Of a stretch of DNA of 64,000 bases, positions 12,996 through 25,851 are shown in pieces. The position numbers and the translations under genes were made by a program. The notes beneath the pieces were generated by a model. That model saw nothing but the letters and a program-made list of their open reading frames with translations. It had not been told where the DNA came from and made no database searches. Source of the stretch: Felis catus (taxonomy: Eukaryota); contig NC_058368.1 of assembly GCF_018350175.1 (NCBI RefSeq), positions 109,370,001-109,434,000 on the forward strand, in the 5' to 3' direction. Positions within the stretch are counted from its first letter, which is position 1; each line of letters begins with the position of its first letter.

Positions 12996-14541
12996 ACACC
13001 TACTTCTCTTTAAAAGGCAAAGCAAGAAGATAGCAAACTGCAATATTTTAAATGTTGAGAGGAAAAAACCACATGAATATAAAATTCTGCACCCTGTAAA
13101 ATTATACTTCAAAACTGAAGGAGAAATAAAGACTTTCTCAAACAGACAAATATTTGAGGCAATCTGTTTCTAGTAGACCTGCCATGCAAGAAGTGTTAAT
13201 TTAAAAAAAAAAGAAATTCTTAAGACAGAAGAAAAATGACAAAATTCAGATCTATATAAAGAAAGGAAGAACATTGGAGAAGGAAGAGTGAAGGCAAAAT
13301 AAAACCACTTATTGTTGTTATTCTTCATCTAACATAATTTGTTTGAAGTAAAAGCAACAACATATTTGATTATTTTTACTTATATGTAAGACTATGTAAG
13401 TGTATACACACACACACATATATGTATACACATACATACTTACATATAAGTTAAACGAATGCCAACAATGAGAGAAGGAATGGAAGGGGGATTTAGTATT
13501 ATTATAAGTTACTCACACTAACCATGGAGCAATATAGGGTTATTTTAAAAATTGACTTGGATTAATTCTAAATGTATATTACCAACTACAGACCAATCAC
13601 TAAAAAAAAGTTTAAAAAGTAGTATAACTGATGTACTAAAAAAGGAGAGAAAAATGAATAATCTAAAGTGCTCAGTTAAAACCACAAAAGGCAGGGACAT
13701 CTGATTGGCTCAGGTCATGACCTCACAGTTTTTGAGTTCGAGCCCCACACCAGGCTCTCTGCTGTATGTCTCCCGTTCATGCACTCTCTCAAAAATAAAA
13801 AATAAACATTAAGAAAACCACAAAAGGCAGAAAAAGAGTGGTGGGCAAAAATAAGAACAAGGACAACAAATAGAATCAGTAACAATTATGGTGGATATTA
13901 ATTCAACTACATCAATAATCACTTTGAACACCAATGGCCTAAATGTACCAATTATTTATAGATTATCAGAGTAGGTCAAGAAACAAGACCCAATTATAAA
14001 CCTATTTTAAATATAAAGACAAATCTAGATAAATGTTAGTAGATAGAGGAAAATGTACCATGATAACACTGATTTAAAAAAAAGCAAGAGTAGCTATATT
14101 AATACTAATAATATAATAATTTCACACAAAGCAGCCTTCAAAGCAAAGAAAGTTATCAGGGATAAAAAAGGGCATTACATAATTATAAAGGAGTCAATTC
14201 TCCAAGAAGATATAACAGTCCTTAATACCATGCTTCTAACAACACAGTTTCAAAATGCATGAGACAAAAGCTGTTAGAACTAGGGTATTGGATGAATCCA
14301 GTATTATAGCTGAAGACTTCAACACATCTCTATCAGAAATGGGTAAGTCCAGCAAGCAGAAGATGAGTAAGCACAGAGTTAAATTCAAGAGCACCATCAA
14401 TCGACTGGACCAAATGGACACCCAAAGACTATTTCATTCAGCAACAGGATACACATTCTCTTCAAGCTCACACAAAAAGTTCATCAAGACAGAGCACCAT
14501 TTTGAGCCACAAAACATACCTTAACAAATTTATCAGAAAAA

Positions 14542-15046
14542 AAGATCTTCCTCAACTCAGGATGGAGTTACAGCCTGATAAACTCATTGTAAGTTGAAAG
14601 TAAGTCCAAAATGCATTTAATATACCTAACTAACTGAACATGATAGGTTAGGCTAGCCTACCTTAAATACACTCAGAACACTTACATTAGCCCACATGTG
14701 GGCAAAATCATCTAACACAAAGCCTATTTTGTAGTAAACTGTTGAATGTATCATATAATTTATTGCACACTATCCTGAAAATACAAAAAACAGAATGACT
14801 CTTTGAGTACAAGATGGTTTTAAGCGCATCCTTCGATTACCCTTGTGACTGTGTGGTTGACTGGGAGCTACAGCTCATCTCCCCTGCTCAGCATCACAAG
14901 ACAGCAGAGTACCACAAAACGATAGTCTGGGAAAAGGTCAAAATTGAAAATGTCAAGTGTGGTTTCTACTGAATGTGTATCATTTTCGTACCACCATAAA
15001 GTCAAAAAAATCAGAAGTCAAACCACTGTAAGTTGGGCACCATCTG
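14542..15046. mobile_element. MER47/Tigger5-like DNA transposon nested in L1
   Basis: AGATCTTCCTCAACTCAGGATGG ... CCACTGTAAGTTGGGCACCATCTG|TA degenerate TIRs; internal TTAGGCTAGCCTACCTTAAA and GGGCAAAATCATCTAACACAAAGCCTATTTT. Confidence 0.75.
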
Positions 15047-15665
15047 TAGAAATCATACAATGCCTAACTCTCATGGAATTAAATTAGAAATCAATAAAAG
15101 AAAGAGAGTAGAAAAATTCCAAAATATGTGGAGATTAAACAAAAAATTTCTAAATAATACATGGGTCAAAGAAGTAATCTCAAGGAAAATTAAATACTAT
15201 TTTGAACTAAAAGGAAAGTGAAAACTCAAGTTGCCAAAATTTGTAGGATGCGGTGAAAATAGTGCTTAGAGGAAAATTTACAACATTAAGCACATCCATT
15301 AGAAAATAAGAAAGATAAAAAATCAAACATCTAATCTTCTGCCTTAGGAAACTAGAAAAAGAAGAGCAAATTAAATCCAAAGAAAGCAGAAGAAAAGAAA
15401 TAATGAGAATAAGAATAGAAATCAATGAAATTGAAGATGAAAATCAGTACACAAAATCAATAAAACCAAAACCAGGTTCTCTGAAAATATCAATAAAGTC
15501 AATAATCCTCTAGCCAGGCTAACCAAGAGAAAAAGAGATGACATTAATTACTAATAACATAAGTGAAAGAGGGATATCACTACAGACACCATGGACTTTT
15601 TTTTTCAGGCCCCACAGACATTAAAAGGATAAAAAAGCAATACAACGAAAAATTCTATGCCCGCA

Positions 15666-15851
15666 TTTTTTTTAATGTTTACTTATTTTTGAGAGAGAGA
15701 GAGTAAAAGCAGAGGAAGGGCCAAGAGAGAGGAGGACCAAGGATCTGTGCCAACAATAATGAGCCCAAAGCAGGGCTCAAACTTATGAACTATGAGATCA
15801 CGACCCAAGCCAAAGTCTAACACTCAACAGACTGAGCCAACCAGGCGCCCC
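15666..15851 (-). mobile_element. Can-SINE
   Basis: Reverse SINE ending CCAGGCGCCCC; ATGCCC(G/A)CA flanks. Confidence 0.85.
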
Positions 15852-16849
15852 AATGCCCACAAACATAATAATATAGATGAAATGGATCAATTCCTTGAGA
15901 GATACAATCACCTAGAACTCACATAACAGGAAACAGGCAATCTGATTAGGCTTATATCTATTAAAGAAATTTAATAATAATTAATAACCTTCTAAAACAG
16001 AAAGCACCAGGCCCAGCTGGGTTCACTGGTGAATTCTCCAAACATTTAAGGAAGAAATTATACCAATTCTCTACAACCTCTTTCTATGAGGTCAGCATTA
16101 CCCTAATACCAAAATGGACAAACACATTAAGAAAACTACACACCAATATCTCTTATGAAGATAGTTGTAAAAATTTTCAACAAAATATTAGTAAAGTGAA
16201 TCTAACAATGTATAATAAGAATTATACCCCATAACCAACTGGTATTTATCTCTGATAGGCAAGGCTGGTTAAATATTCAAAAATCAATTAATCTAATCCA
16301 TTACATTAACAGTCTAAAGAAGAAAAACCACATGATAATATTAATAGACACAGAAAAAGCATTTGGCAAAATCTATCACCAAGTTATAATAAAAAGTCTC
16401 ATTAACCTAAGAATAGAGGGGAGCTTCCTCAACTTGATTTTTAAAAAAATACAAAAACCTGTAGCTAGCATCATACTTCATGGTGAGAAACTCAAAGCTC
16501 TTCCACAAAATCCAGAAGAAGGCAAGGATATCCCCTCTTACTATTGCTTTTCAACATCATGCAGGAATTCTTAGCTAATGAAACAAAACCAGAAAAGCAA
16601 ATAAAAGGTATACAGGTTAGGAACGAAAAACTAAAACTGTCTTTGTTCGAAGATGACATGACATCAAAGTACAAAATCCAAGAGTGAATAAAAAAAAAAA
16701 GTGGAACAAAAAAGCGATTATAGCAGTGTTTCAGGATACAAGGTTAACACACAAAAGCTGATCGTTTTCCTATATACCAGCAATAAACAAGTGGAATTTG
16801 AAATTAAAAACACAATATTAGCAACCCCAAAATGAAATAAACATATACA

Positions 16850-17060
16850 GGGGCACCTGGATGGCTCAGTTGGTTGAACGTCCGACTTTAGCTCAGGTCA
16901 TGATCTCATGGTTCATGGGTTCAAGCCCTGCATGGGGCTCTGTGCTGACAGCTCAGAGCGTGGAGTCTGCTTCAGATTCTGTGTCTCCCTCTCTCTCTGC
17001 CCCTACCCTGTTTGTGCTTTGTCTCTCTCTCAAAAATAAATAAACATTAAAAAAAATGTT
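16850..17060 (+). mobile_element. Can-SINE followed by (TA)n
   Basis: Canonical head and AAAAATAAATAAACATTAAAAAAA tail. Confidence 0.95.
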
Positions 17061-17069
17061 TAAATACAC

Positions 17070-17107
<38 letters not shown>

Positions 17108-17976
17108 ATCTAACAAATATTATAAGATCTATATAAGAAAAACTAGAAAATCTTGATGAAAGAAATCAAAGAACTAAATAAATGGAGAGATGGCCAAGTT
17201 CATGGACAGGAAAACTCAATATTGTCAAGATGTCGTTCTCCCCAAATTAATCCACAGATTCAATGCAATCCCAATCAAAATCCCAACAAGTTATTTTGTA
17301 GACATCAAGAAAGTGATTCTGAAGTTTAGATGGAAAGGGAAAAGACTCAGAATAGACAACACAATATTGAAGGAGAAGAAAAAGTTGAAGAACTGATACC
17401 ACCCAGTATCAAGACTTGCTATAAAGCTACAGTAATCAGGACAGTGTGATACTGGAAAAAGATAGACAGGTAGATCAAAGGAACAGAATGAAGAGCCCAG
17501 AAACAGACCGCCATAAATACAGTCAACTGTTATTTGACAAAGGAACAGAGGTAATTCACTTGAGCAAAGTTAATCTTCAATAAATGACAATGGAACTGGA
17601 CATTCACATCCCACCCCCCAAAAATAGACACAGACATTACAGGTTTCACAAAAATTAATTCAAAATGGATCACAGACCTAAATATAAAATGCAAACTATC
17701 AAACTTCTATAAGATAATATAGGATAAAATGTCTATGACTTTGGGTTTGGTGATGACTTTTTATGTGCAACACCAGAGGCACAATCTATGAAAGAAAGAA
17801 ATGACAAGCTGGACTTCATTAAAAGTAAGAATTTCTAGCCTGCAAAATATACTGTTAAGAGAATGAGCACAAGCCACAAACTGGGAGAAAATATTGCAAA
17901 AGACATATAGATAAAGTATTGTCCAAAAATTCAACAATTAGAAAACAACCCAATTTTAAAAAGGGCCAAACATCTT

Positions 17977-18191
17977 TTTTTTTTTTTTCAACGTTTATTT
18001 ATTTTTGGGACAGAGAGAGACAGAGCATGAACGGGCGAGGGGCAGAGAGAGAGGGAGACACAGAATCGGAAACAGGCTCCAGGCTCCGAGCCATCAGCCC
18101 AGAGCCCGACGCGGGGCTCGAACTCACGGACCGCGAGATCGTGACCTGGCTGAAGTCGGACGCTTAACCGACTGCGCCACCCAGGCGCCCC
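17977..18191 (-). mobile_element. Young feline-type Can-SINE with 19-bp TSD
   Basis: CpG-rich body; AAAAAGGGCCAAACATCTT at 17958-17976 and 18192-18210. Confidence 0.95.
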
Positions 18192-19160
18192 AAAAAGGGC
18201 CAAACATCTTAATGGACACCTCACCAAAGAAGTTATACAGGTGGTAAATGAGTACATGAAAACATCATATATTATCAGGAAATTAAATTAAAACCACAGT
18301 GAGCTACCATTACATACCTATTAGGAGGGTTAAAATCCAAACCGCTGACATCACCAAAATTTCATGAGGATGTGGAGCGACAGGAACTCTCTCATTTGTT
18401 GCCAAGTGACAATGCAAAATAGTGTGGCCATTTTGGAAGACACTTTGACAATTACAAAATGAAACACGCTCTTAACATATGATCCAGTGATCACTTTCCT
18501 TGGTATTTATGCAAATGAATTGAAAACTTATGTCCACAGAAAAACCTGCATACAGATGTTTAATAGCAGCCTTATTTATAATTGCCAAACCTTGGAAGCA
18601 ACCAAGATATCCTTCAGTGGGTGAATGGGTCAATGAACTTGGTACATCCAGATAATAGAATATCATTCAGCACTAAAAAGGAGACACCAAGTCATGAAAA
18701 GACATGAAGGAATTTAAATACATAGTACTAAACGGAAGGAGTCAATCTGAAAAGGCTAGACATTGTATGATTCCAACTATATGACATTTTGGAAAATGCA
18801 AGACTACGGAGACAATAAAAAGATCATTGGTTGCTAGGGGTTAGTAGGGAAGGAAGGACAAAGAGGTGGATTACAGAGGATTTTTAGCAGTGAAACTACT
18901 CCATGTGATATTACAACAGTGGTTACATGCCATCATACATTTGTTAGAACTCACAGAATATGCACCACCAAGAGTGAACCCTGAAATAAACTATGAGTTC
19001 TGGGTGATAATGATGTGTCAATGTAGACTTATCACTTGTAACAAATGTACCACTTTGGCAGGGAATATTGATAATTGGGAAGGCTATGTATGTGCAGGGT
19101 AAGGAGTATATGGTAACCCTCGACTTTCTGTTCAATTTCGTTGTGAATCTAAAACTCCTC

Positions 19161-19682
19161 GGGTGCCTGGGTGGGTCAATCGGTTGAAGGTCAGGTCTTT
19201 GGCTCAGGTCATGATGTTGCGGTTGGTGGGTTCAAGCCCTGCATCGGGATCTGTACTGACACCTCGGAGCCTGGAGCCAGCTTCAGATTCTGTGTCTTCC
19301 TCGATCTCTGCCCCTCCCCCACTCATGGTGTGTTTCTCTCTGTCTCCAAAATAAATAAACATATAAAAAATTTTTTTAACTCCTCTAAAAAAAATCTATT
19401 TTTTAAAAAGCAATGACTCTACATTTTTTAATCTAACTTGACATCTAATTTTTTAAATTATTTTTTTGAGAGCAAGAGAGAGAGCGAGAGCAGGAGAGAG
19501 AGAGAGAGAGAGAGAGAGAGCAGGGGAGGGGCAGACAGAAAGGGAGACACAGAATCCGAAGCAGGCTCGAGGCTCTGAGCTGTCATCACAAAGCCCAATG
19601 CGGGGCTCAAACTTGTGAACAGGGAGATTATGACCTGAGCCAAAGTCGATCACTTAACCAACTGAGCCACCCAGGCGCCCCC
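19161..19682. mobile_element. Tail-to-tail Can-SINE pair (+ 19161-19378; - 19450-19682)
   Basis: Opposite-orientation SINE bodies about 70 bp apart. Confidence 0.9.
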
Positions 19683-21419
19683 ATAAGACTTTTTAAATAA
19701 ACTAAATTGAAGTTTTTGGGTTTTTTTTTCCAAGAAAGAAAACTGCCCAAAACTTAATGACATGTCTTCAGTTTAAAAGGACCCACTGTGCATCTGACAC
19801 CCTAGAGGAAAACCAAACTACCCCAAGGTAACTGTAAAATTTGGAGCATGGGAGCCCAGAAAATTTCCTACAAATTTCTAAAGAGACAGCTAGAAAAGAT
19901 GTGGATTCAAAATGCATTTGGACTTCTGAACAGCAATACTGGAAGATAGGACACCATGGTAAAGGCATTAAAAATTCTAAAAGAAAATTATTTCCTGCCT
20001 GAAATTCTGTGTTGTTAGGATGTGTTTCCCCAACAAAGAAGAAGACCTGAAATGCAAGGATCAGGAAGGTCACACAGGACAGAGGCAAAGGGAAGTCTCA
20101 GGAGGGGGGTGACAGGAGACCTCAGAATGACAGCCAGCCAAGCAAGTTGTCAGAGGGTGCTGTCCAGGTCAGTCAGAGCAACTCAGCAGGCTCCGGGGCA
20201 GACTTTTTGGAGAAAATGAAATTGTGCGAATAACTCATTTGCCCAAGTCTAATGAGAAGATATTTATATAAGCGGCCAAGAATGTAGGGTCAAATCACAG
20301 AGGAAAAGAGAATGAAGCAAGTGGAAAAAACTATTCACTCCAGAAGAAAAAGCTTTGAGGGGAAATAAAAGTAATCTAATTGTAGTTAACTACACGTCCC
20401 AGCTTTGAATATATTGGTATTATTATGCAAATTAAAAAAAAAAAGGGGGGGGGGGGGTCTGACTGACCGGGAACTCTGATCTACTGTATAAGGAGGATGA
20501 GAAAAAGGGAAGGATGCAAGTGCAAGAAGGAAGGCAAGGAGGAAAGAAAATTAAATATTCATCATAGACCATAGTAAATGACTACCCCCGAAAATCAAGA
20601 AAATTGAGAAACACAGAGGACATAAATTCCAAAAGAAACAGTTAAAATCATGGCTCCTCAGAGAAGAGGCTAATGGGGTGGGGGGAGGGGGCTGGGCTGC
20701 TTGTCGGCAACTGAAGGCTCTGCCATTTTATCTCCCTTGCCAGTTAACAAGGTAACTAACAAGTTCATGGATGCTGGCAGGTGACGGGAGACCCTTGGAT
20801 CAGAGACAAAGAGGAGCTTGTTATGCACGATAATAGTATTAGAGCATTATTTTTTATTTTGTCCTCTGCACCGCGGTTCTCACAGTGTGGTGCCCAGGAT
20901 CCCAGCCAGCACCTGTGCACACTGTGGGTTGCAGTACAGGAGAAGAAGCCTGAGCTTAGGGAGACTGAAGTTCTGATCATGGACAGTAAGTCTGCTGCCT
21001 TTGGTTTGTGAGGAAGGTGCTGCTGTGTCCAACACTGATTGGCATACAAACATCTTTCAAAGGACACTAAGGAACAAAGAAGGGCACTTAGATCCTCGCT
21101 CACCAGTCATACAGAAATCCAACAGACCCACGGGGAAGTGAAAGTCAAAACTGACATTTTTTACAACCAACCTCCCTGAATGATTTTTTACAAATTACAT
21201 GCATGTATAACTTTAATTTTAAAAATTCTACTAAATTAGTTATTTTAGATTATTAAAACAATTCGCCTAACCCTTATTCCCACTGACTGGGCATCTTTTC
21301 TTTCCATAGGAGAAACAACTCGAGAGAAAATTGGGAAAGGATGTTTTGCAGAACTTCGCACAGAAAGAGCTGGTCCCGAGGCTGGGCCATCTCAACCCCA
21401 GCGACCTGACCAGGGACAA

Positions 21420-22270
21420 AGAGCAAGGCGCAGAGGCCACGACCCCGCCCTTCCCTAGTCTTCACCGCGCCTCCGGAGCAGGCTCCCCCCTCCAGCCACC
21501 CCCAGGCGGGAGCGCGTCTTGCACCTGCGGGGCCAGGATCTGGCGCCCACGCCTCAGGCTGTAGGACAGTAGCAAGCCCTGTGTCGAGTGCAGGGAGCAG
21601 CCCGTTCGTAGTTCGTGTTGACCGCCAATTATCCAGTCTGTGAATGGAGCCCCCTGAAAATCAGATACCAACAAGAGCATTTGTTACGTAGCCAGCCAGC
21701 TGGGGTCTCTCTGCGGGCCAAAGGCCAGGACGGGTTTCCTGAACCCGGCCGGGAGGCGCGGTCCCGATGTCCTTAGTGGCAAGGCAGGAGTCGGGGCGGG
21801 CAGGGTCCTCGGCATCAGCAGATGCCCGGCCAGTCGGCGGGCCGGACGCCCCCCTCGCCGGTGCGCACAGGCGCTCGGGGTACCGGGGTGCCGGCATGTG
21901 TAGGCGGCCCGCGTCACGCCTGGTGCTGGGTCCCATCACTCCCACCTTGGACGCTCCCGCGCCCGGCCTGCGACCCGCGCGCACGCGAGGAGGGGGCGGA
22001 CGCCTCATAGTCCGCTCCCACCCGTCCCTCCCTCAAGGCCACCGCCCGAGGCAGCGGAGGAGGGCAGAGCCGCGCAGAACCTGTTTATCAGCCCCATCTC
22101 TCATTACATAAGGCCTCTATCTCCGCGGGGCATCGCCGCGACTGTCAGGCCAGCGCGTCTTCTCCCACGCGCAGGGGCGCACCTGCCCACAGTTCCCCGC
22201 CTCAGTTTACACGGTCCGCGATTGAGGGTCCTTGGCTCCTCTTGGCGCAGAGCTCCGGGATCCCACAGCG
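21420..22270. promoter_or_regulatory. CpG island upstream of IL13
   Basis: Visibly GC-rich with dense CpG and GC boxes (GGGGCGGG ~21793, GGGGCGGA ~21993), unlike the flanks. Confidence 0.9.
22070..22130. promoter_or_regulatory. Probable CGRE (conserved GATA3 response element of IL13)
   Basis: GATA motifs TTATCA 22085-22090 and CTATCT 22117-22122 around a bZIP-like TTACATAA 22104-22111, about 1.6-1.7 kb upstream of IL13, as described in mouse/human. Confidence 0.7.
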
Positions 22271-23559
22271 GTTCCCTGCTCCTTCCCTCAACACAGAGAC
22301 CCAATTCTACAGATGAGGAAACTAAGGCCCACAGCGGTGTCACACAGCCTAGTGGCAGCACTCCAGGCACTGGGGGGGGGGGGGGGGGGGGGGGATGAGG
22401 AGCGGGGGGGGGGGGGGCACAAGAGGCAGGGGCTGGCTCAGGACCTACAATTGTGCTGCGAAGTTTGGTTTGGCCTGAAGAGAGGGTGGGAGGAGAGAGT
22501 GGGCAAGGCTGGGAGGCTTGTGAACAAGAGCCCCAGCAGTGGCCCTTCATCCCTTCAGAGACCCTTGTGAGGAGGTTGAGCCTCACTGAGGGTAGGACAA
22601 AGGGAGCCTGAGCAGACAGAGAGGGGCCTGGAGGGGAAAACACTGGTTTAGGGGAGGAAGTGGGTGAAGGAGCCAGGCTGACATCAGTAATCAACAGGCA
22701 AATAACATAGTTTCTGTTGCAGGGGTTTCTGGAGGACTTCTAGAGAAAGGAGTGAAAAGCAGGTTATGGGCCAGTGTCCCTGAGGGAGAGGGCTGTTCAG
22801 GGAAATCCTGGAGTGGGGGCAGGCCCTGAAACTGCCCTCCACAGCCTTCAATCTGTAGAAACTTGGGTCCCTCAGTGGGGAGGGCTTTGTCCCACAGATA
22901 ACTGGTGAGCAGAGGTGGCCACCCCAGGTCTCAATGGCACTGGGAGCAGTCACACTTTCCAACCTGGGCTAAGGCTGGGTCCTGACTCATGCCAGTCTGG
23001 CATGTCAAGCGTTTCCCATCAGGACAGGCCCACGCTGAAGGCCTGAGTTGTGCACCCCGTTTTTAGGCTGTCCATATTCAAAGTTATAATCAAGGCAACT
23101 TTAAAAAGAAAAGGTCCCAGGGAGGATCTCTGATTCTGACTGGATCTTTCAGTGGAGACCTGGGAATCTGAACTTTTTATCATCCTTTCCATAGTGAGGC
23201 CAACAGGGAATCAGGCAGATGAAAAGGAGTGAACTTCACTCTTCTCTTTTTATCCCGTTTGAATGTTGTATCCAAAACAAGTATTACTCTGGTAATGCAA
23301 GAGACCACTTCACTGAAAAAATAAAACCCCTCAATTCCCACATCGGGTAGACTGTGGTCATAGCACTGTCTGCCTAGCACTTCTGGTGACCCAAAGGGTC
23401 TCAGGACAGGAGCTGGGCAGGCACTCGGGGCGGTCACCAAGCAAAACTGCTAGAGCTCTAGCTGGCTTGGCCGACACCAGGCTGCCCTCTTCCCTAATGC
23501 TGGAGTAAGCCCACCCATATCTTGAAAATTGCCCCAGACCCCCTCACTGCTAAGTCCAC

Positions 23560-23700
23560 AAGAAATCAAATTCTTTCCTTTATGTGACACTGGATTTTCC
23601 ACAAAGTAAAATCAAGATGAGTAAAGATGTGGTTTCTAGATAGTACCCGACAAAGCGGAGACCAGGGTGGGAGGCGTCACACTTGGCCTATAAAAGCTAC
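23560..23700 (+). promoter_or_regulatory. IL13: IL13 proximal promoter with TATA box
   Basis: TATAAAA 23689-23695, NFAT core TTTTCC 23595-23600, RUNX TGTGGTT 23628-23634, GATA AGATAG 23638-23643. Confidence 0.85.
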
Positions 23701-23785
23701 CGCAAGAGGCCAAGGCCACAAGCCACTCAGCTTAGGCCAGCCTACGTGTCCGCTCCTCGCTCCTCCTGTGTTAGCTCTAGGCTCC

Positions 23786-23911
23786 ATGGCGCTCTGGCTG
23801 ACCGTGGTCATTGCTCTCACCTGCCTTGGTGGCCTTGCCTCCCCAGGCCCTCACTCAAGGAGGGAGCTCAAGGAGCTCATTGAAGAGCTGGTCAACATCA
23901 CCCAGAATCAG
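23786..23911 (+). CDS. IL13: Interleukin-13 exon 1 (signal peptide, helix A)
   Basis: MALWLTVVIALTCLGGLASPGPHSRRELKELIEELVNITQNQ then GTGAGT donor. Confidence 0.97.
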
Positions 23912-24559
23912 GTGAGTACGCTGGTGCTAGGGTGGGTAACTCTCAGGCAGGGTAATTGGTCATTGTTCAGGCCATGAAGGTTGGGCCGTGCCAAGAGGCC
24001 TGTGAGGCCTGAAGAAGCCCCATGGACCAGGACAGGCCCAGCCATGAGGGAGAGGTGCTGGGCCAGCGGTTGGGGGAATAGCACGACGGACGGCCCCATA
24101 AAGAGATTTGGCTGAGCCCCCAAGGACCACCTGTTCCCCTGGCCTGGCCCTGCCTGCCAAGACCAGCTCCTACTCAGCGGTTCAAGAAAAGAGGTTAGCA
24201 GAGAGAGGCCAGCACCCTCCCAGGGCGATTTAGAATTTGCCAAATGGATGTGAACAGAATAATGGGGCCATTATTCGCAGTAGTTTGGTTAAGCCCATTC
24301 TTATGGAAAAATTCACTAGTAGTCAGCTCCTGTCCCCAGTGGTGATGGCTCACACTTTGAGTAATTTTTGTGTGCCAAGGCTAGTGCTGTGCTTTTCATC
24401 TCATTTCATCACTGCCAACCATCTCAAGAGACAGGTGCGATGACCCTATTCTACTAAGCTGCATTAAGGTTGACAAAAGCCAGATTCAAACCAGGCCTGG
24501 GTGACACCGGGTGCCCATATTCCAAACTGCAGTGTCCTCCGATTCGGAAGACAGCGTTT

Positions 24560-24778
24560 AAAAAAATTTTTTTTTATTAATGTTTATTTTTGAAAGAGAG
24601 GGAGAGAAACAGAGCGAGAGTGGGGGAGGGCAGAGAGAGAGGGAGACACAGAATCCAAAGAAGGCTCACAGCTCTGAGCTGTCAGCACAGAGCCCGATAC
24701 AGGGCTTGAACTCATAAACCACGAGATCATGACCTGAGCCAAAGTCAGACGTTTCACTGACTGAGCCACCCAGGGGCT
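24560..24778 (-). mobile_element. Antisense Can-SINE in IL13 intron 1
   Basis: Reverse SINE ending CTGAGCCACCCAGGGGCTCC. Confidence 0.95.
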
Positions 24779-25086
24779 CCTCCAGAAGATAGAGTTTTAT
24801 ACACGAGTGCCCACCGCCTCCCATCTGACTGACCTGGCCTCCCCTCCTCTCTCACCCAAAGCTGCCCTGGCTATGGGAAGCTTCACTCAAGGCTGTGTCA
24901 CTCAGATTTTTCTCTCTCAGCCCCCAAACCCTGTACAATGGATCTCCCTCAGTATGCAGAGCAGGAAATTAAGTTCAGGAACACTGAGGGGTCCCAGGCC
25001 TGCCTCTGTGCTACACCGGGTTGCCTGTGGGGCCTGATCGCTATGGAGACCTACCCTGCGATTTTGCTGTCTTTTTGCTCCTTCAG

Positions 25087-25140
25087 GTATCCCTCTGCAA
25101 TGGCAGCATGGTGTGGAGCGTCAACCTGACAACCGGCATG
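25087..25140 (+). CDS. IL13: Interleukin-13 exon 2
   Basis: ttcag|VSLCNGSMVWSVNLTTGM|gtgagg, 54 bp. Confidence 0.97.
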
Positions 25141-25383
25141 GTGAGGACCCCTTGGAAGCTGGGAGGGAGGTGGCTGAGTCTGTAGGTCTTATGTGTGTCT
25201 TTCCTCACTTGCAAGGCTTAGGGGTTCCACGCAAGCACAGTTTGGACCTTCCCCACCACCCAAAGCTACCTCCGTCAAGACTCTCAGCCCCCTCCTCCTG
25301 TGAAGTCACTGAAGGTGCTGCCTAAGCCATACGGCTGGGGGTTCCCAGCAGGGCCTGACACCCCTGTGTTCTTCTCCCAGCAG

Positions 25384-25488
25384 TACTGTGCAGCCCTAGA
25401 ATCTCTCATCAATGTCTCTGACTGCACTGCCATCCAAAGGACCCAGAGGATGCTGAAAGCCCTGTGCACTCAGAAACCCTCAGCAGGG
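25384..25488 (+). CDS. IL13: Interleukin-13 exon 3 (alternative start 25381 adds Gln)
   Basis: YCAALESLINVSDCTAIQRTQRMLKALCTQKPSAG|gtaagg; acceptor is cccagCAG. Confidence 0.95.
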
Positions 25489-25851
25489 GTAAGGCACCCT
25501 GCCCTGTACCCCTCAACCCTGCACCCACTCCTGCCAGCCCTGGGCTCACCCTAGAAGCTCCGGGGGGAACCTAGCTGAGCATCTGAGGCAAGCGTCCACC
25601 CGGGAGGCGGGTCCACGGTGGCAACAGGAACATGGCCTCCGGGATTTCCAAGACCTGGTCTTGAGAGCTTCCGACTCCCACCTGAGCTTCAGTTTCCATA
25701 TCGGTGAAATGTGGGCACTAACAGACTAACAGTACCCGCCCCATGGGGCTTTTGTGAGGATTAAATAAGCCAGTTCCTGGAAAGCCCCTGGCAGAGGCTG
25801 GGCATCTTTGCTCTGGAGTCCCATTAATGCCCTGGCCTCTTTTTCCCACAG

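Larger units (their letters stand above)
11430..19158 (+). mobile_element. Long decayed L1 (L1MC-like 3' end), ORF1/ORF2 remnants with many stops and nested insertions
   Basis: ORF fragments 14053, 14255, 15033, 16332 and 17190 resemble L1 ORF2 (IRDKKGHYIIIK, GIKLEIN, MIILIDTEKAFGKI, LPKLIHRFNAIPIKIP); ORF1-like at 12305; L1 3' UTR to ~19155. Confidence 0.9.

Noticed and set aside
11430..19158. Possible active L1 reverse transcriptase
   Set aside because: ORF2 is fragmented by stops, frameshifts and nested SINE/Tigger insertions
22104..22694. 196-aa proline-rich minus-strand ORF
   Set aside because: Explained by GC-rich sequence and poly-G runs; no family resemblance
23627..23785. In-frame ATG at 23627 extending IL13 by 53 aa in the ORF track
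   Set aside because: Lies upstream of the TATA box (23689), so it would not be in the TATA-driven mRNA
25774..25782. GAS motif TTCCTGGAA in IL13 intron 3
   Set aside because: Single 9-mer within a MIR-like remnant with no motif cluster
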